The notes beneath the pieces were generated by a model. That model was given only the letters and a program-made list of their open reading frames with translations, did not search any database and was not told the origin of the DNA. A stretch of DNA of 63,843 nucleotides, the filler included, from Olpidium bornovanus S191 (lineage: Eukaryota; Fungi; Olpidiomycota): NCBI GenBank assembly GCA_017911155.1. It is 28 parts of 28 records of this genome, joined end to end, with 100 filler letters (N's around TTAATTAATTAA, not from the genome) between each part and the next. Parts side by side here need not be neighbours in the genome. Positions count along the whole stretch, not along the records: positions 58,592 to 63,843 come from JAEFCI010002891.1; 27 more parts are not named here. One strand, written 5' to 3'. The position numbers were made by a program, and so were the translations under genes. Positions 60,647 through 63,843 of this stretch are shown piece after piece (position 1 is the first letter of the stretch; every line of letters begins with the position of its first letter).

Positions 60647-63600
60647 CTGCCGGTCAACCAGTGTCCCTAGGCTCACTGGACCAATTCTTGATTCCGAGGG
60701 ACGTGTCGCCACTTGTTGCAGGCAGTTTTTTAACTTCCCAGCCGAGGACATGCATTATCACGCAAAATATGGGGGCCCGGGAATTATTTGGTGTGCGACA
60801 GTTGCCGATAACCGTTCTCAGATATCGTTTTGATGCATTTATCAAACGGGCGATCTATTCTTCCCAAGGTTTCCGTCCAAATCGAAAGCTGTAATAAGTC
60901 ATTGTACGAACTGCACTTTCTCTGCGAGAGAAAGAACGTGGTCGAGTGTAGATCTAGCGGGAGTATGTCCACCGACGCAATCCGGCGGCGGAGCAACCCT
61001 CCCCCTTCCATTCCTTCAAACCCGCTCCCTTTTCCCCTTTTTCCATCCACGACTCCGCAATTTCGCCGCCGTCCCTCGTCACGCGATGTGACGAGGGACG
61101 GCAGGTATAAAACCGGACCCGGCAGGTGTAAAACCGACGGTGCAGGTAGGCCGGGGTTTTTATGCTTCCTACCGGCCTGCTCCCAAGGCGGACGGATACA
61201 GTATCACTGGCGGTTAGCTAGACCCTTTCATTTATCATTAATCTATTTCTCGTGAAGTCACTTGTTTTAGGTTTATAAACCGACATTCCCCATATCCCCT
61301 ACGAGTGCAATCCATTTGACAGCATCATTTCCAACTTCCAACCCCGGGCGCCCCGTGCTGCGTCCGCGGACCCTCCTGCACACCGGCAGCCATGCTGTCG
61401 TAAGCAAGGTTTCTACCCTACGAATTTTTGGACTAACCACGTGTGGATACGCGTTTATCTGCAGGCAGTTTATTTATTTTCGAAGTTAAATGGGTTAATC
61501 GGACATTGCACATGATAATCCTTGGGAACAAGCCGATGCCCCTGTTGTCCAAGCTTTTCGGGAGGTTTACTTAGCTGCGCATAAGCGGCAGGCCCAAATA
61601 GAGAAGTCTTGTCCCGCCTTGGTCACCACCATGGAATTTACAACCGTTACAGGAGGGTACATCGCAGGTACAAAATGCGATTCTGGTTCATTTAGCCCTA
61701 TTGATGACCAAGCCATAGAGGCGATCAGTGCTGTTAATATCGACCAATGAAAACGCCGATTACGGCACCAATGCATTTTGAAGGCGAAATGGAGTTATTG
61801 AGTTCACGGACGGATTAATGATGTTACCGAATGGAGAAAACGAACAGTGCAATTACCATAGAACAACCCCATATCTGCAACAACTGCTTTCGAAGAGGCC
61901 TTCGAAGCGCCCCCAAAGATGTCCTTCACACTCTGCATGGTGTGCAACAGCGCACGGCAGCTTTAATCGCAACAAACCCAAGGTTGACAAGTCCGTTGAA
62001 ACCCTTCGGAAACGGGCCGATCTCGGCAGGACCAGTGCCATCAAGCCCGGCGGAAACACTGGCTCGGGTCCTGGCAGTGATGACGCTTCAAAGCGCCAGA
62101 AATGTCATGGAGACAGACGCCGCGGCGGCGGCTCCACGTCCGCCACTCTTAAATCCGTGACAGTTGGCCCAAAGCGAGAGTTATAGTTGAGGCCCGTCGG
62201 CTCCAACAGGCGGCAGTAATCCGTGTCCGGGAAAAGAAACATTGCATTGCCAAGATTACCAGGAGTTGATTCTGAAATGAATTGGTCGGCCTTGAACGAG
62301 TGCGTATTTACAACTGCGATGGCACGACCCACGCGCACTCGCACTGCCCGCTTCAACGCCCTTCGTGCCGTAGAGTTCCTAAAGTGCCGCCATACACAAA
62401 GGGCCTGGGACAGACATTAGCATTTGAAGAAAGTTCTCCGTACGCCCTCTCGGCCCCGTTGTGCCCGGGTGGCGTTGCGCGCCTCCATCTGTGGCTCCAA
62501 AAAATTCAACGTACGGGCCATGACGGGGGGTATCGGTGCCACCATTGCTGGCCACTTATTTCGCACCACCCCGAAGTCCCAGACGAGAGGACTTCGCTCG
62601 CCAAAGGAAACTCGAGTGACATGGACCGTAGATCCTCTACCATAGAATCCCTTAGAGGAGGGTTATGCATGCTTGCGAATGCACGCGATATGGCCACCTG
62701 ATCAAACTTGCCCCACCCCCCCCGCGTCTTTGGCAGGCATAGCACACGTACTTCTGCCCGCCGTCATGGCACACGCGACGCAGCCAAGCAAGCAACCGAA
62801 GAAGGCGAAAGAGCGGACAAAGTCAACTCTCTTTTCTGCTCTTTTTTTTCTGGGTGTTGCGTCGCAAAACAAACAAATTTCCTTTCTTGCGACTCTCTTA
62901 GAAGCCGGGCATTTTTCGGATTCGACTTGCCCCTGTTCCTCTTCGCCCCTCTTCCCCGCAGGCCAACGCCCACCCCCCCCCCGATTCCGCGCTCGCTCGC
63001 GCCCAGGAACCCGGACCGGTGAGGTCGACGCGGTGTGTGTTTCGAGCGCCCCCCCCCCCCCCCCCCGCCGGGCCTCCTCCCTTCCTCCTGCCGCCGCCGC
63101 CGCCGTCGCCGCCTCCGTCCTTTTCGGCTCCTCATGCTGGAAGGTGGTTCCCGCGCTGACCCCCCACGGCGCCGCCAACTCGTCGCCGCTCTGACGCCGC
63201 TGACGAGATCGTTCTTCCGCCCGGCCTCTTAGACCCGGGAGCTGCCCCAGCTGCGCAACGGGGCGGCGGTCGTTTGGTTCGGCTTCGCTCCTCAATCTAG
63301 ACCCGTTCCCGGAGCCCCGTCAGCTGTTGCCCGGTCGCAACAGCCTGCCGAGGTGACTCGGACCTCACTGATGTTGGCCCGACCTCCCCCAGCCTGAGCT
63401 CACATTTTTGTCGAGCATGGATCTCTCGGCCAGGTCGCCTCTGGCCTCTCCCGGTTCGTCCGAGGAAGCATGGACGTCCGCTGGCGATCCCGCGAAGGGT
63501 AGCCAAAGAACAATATGTGCGTGAGCGCCGTTCTTGTCTCGCAAAGTTGAAAACGGCTATCGTTTACGTCGTCCGTTGCATTTCAAGGGACAGTAACGCC

Positions 63601-63843
63601 CGCTGAAATCTCGAACGGAAATATCCAAGTATGCTGTTTATCCTTCCAAGCAACCGCTGTCTTTGTTGGCCGTCTGCTTTTTGTGGAACCGTTTACCATG
63701 GCTAATGGACAACACTTGCCCCTTTGCAAAGGCGGCCGTCGACACATCAGAATGTAGAACTGGTGTTCTCACAAAGAAGGGCTTAAAGAAGGACACTGTG
63801 GACAGCGGGCCTTTTGGATTGTTAGGCCTTCTTCGTGTCATGA

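Noticed and set aside
1-63843. Gene neighbourhoods across spacers (e.g. pPolB near POL1, or RRP9, NSR1-like and DBP7 as a ribosome-biogenesis cluster)
   Set aside because: Contigs are concatenated arbitrarily, so co-location carries no information.
60700-63843. Several 60-200 aa ORFs after UBE2W
   Set aside because: No recognisable domain or defensible splice model; may hold a gene but it is not supportable by eye.

Overview
This is not one continuous locus. It is 28 short contigs joined by an artificial 100-nt spacer (N44-TTAATTAATTAA-N44). Contigs: 1-1883, 1984-4038, 4139-6842, 6943-8228, 8329-9863, 9964-11511, 11612-13005, 13106-14418, 14519-17461, 17562-19561, 19662-21039, 21140-25230, 25331-27132, 27233-28945, 29046-30923, 31024-33260, 33361-36750, 36851-38391, 38492-41626, 41727-42931, 43032-45245, 45346-47379, 47480-49031, 49132-53265, 53366-54752, 54853-55933, 56034-58491, 58592-63843. 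Adjacency across spacers is meaningless. The DNA is eukaryotic, GC-rich and full of short GT-AG introns. The gene set (DYDC-type Dpy-30 protein, EHD ATPase, UBE2W, striatin, fungal-type Rrp9/Ysc84/epsin) suggests an early-diverging, probably zoosporic, fungus; this is inference. Most contigs carry partial housekeeping genes (RRP9, Nsr1-like RRM, MMSDH, EHD, LRR protein, OSBP, SmG, VPS51, ARH1, DBP7, RIP1, striatin, PRP4, YSC84, epsin, POL1, LSC1, UBE2W) interspersed with decayed Ty1/copia and Ty3/gypsy pieces and tandem repeats. The most notable observations are: (1) a fragment of a protein-primed family-B DNA polymerase (Polinton/Maverick, virus or linear-plasmid type) next to two repeat arrays; (2) a 6-nt microexon that restores the conserved RGLQV motif of MMSDH; (3) an A_AAA_AAC plus hairpin -1 frameshift signal at a gypsy gag/protease junction; (4) 20 of 56 contig ends fall on CATG. 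No rRNA, tRNA or CRISPR array could be supported. All translations, splice models and family assignments were made by eye without searches.
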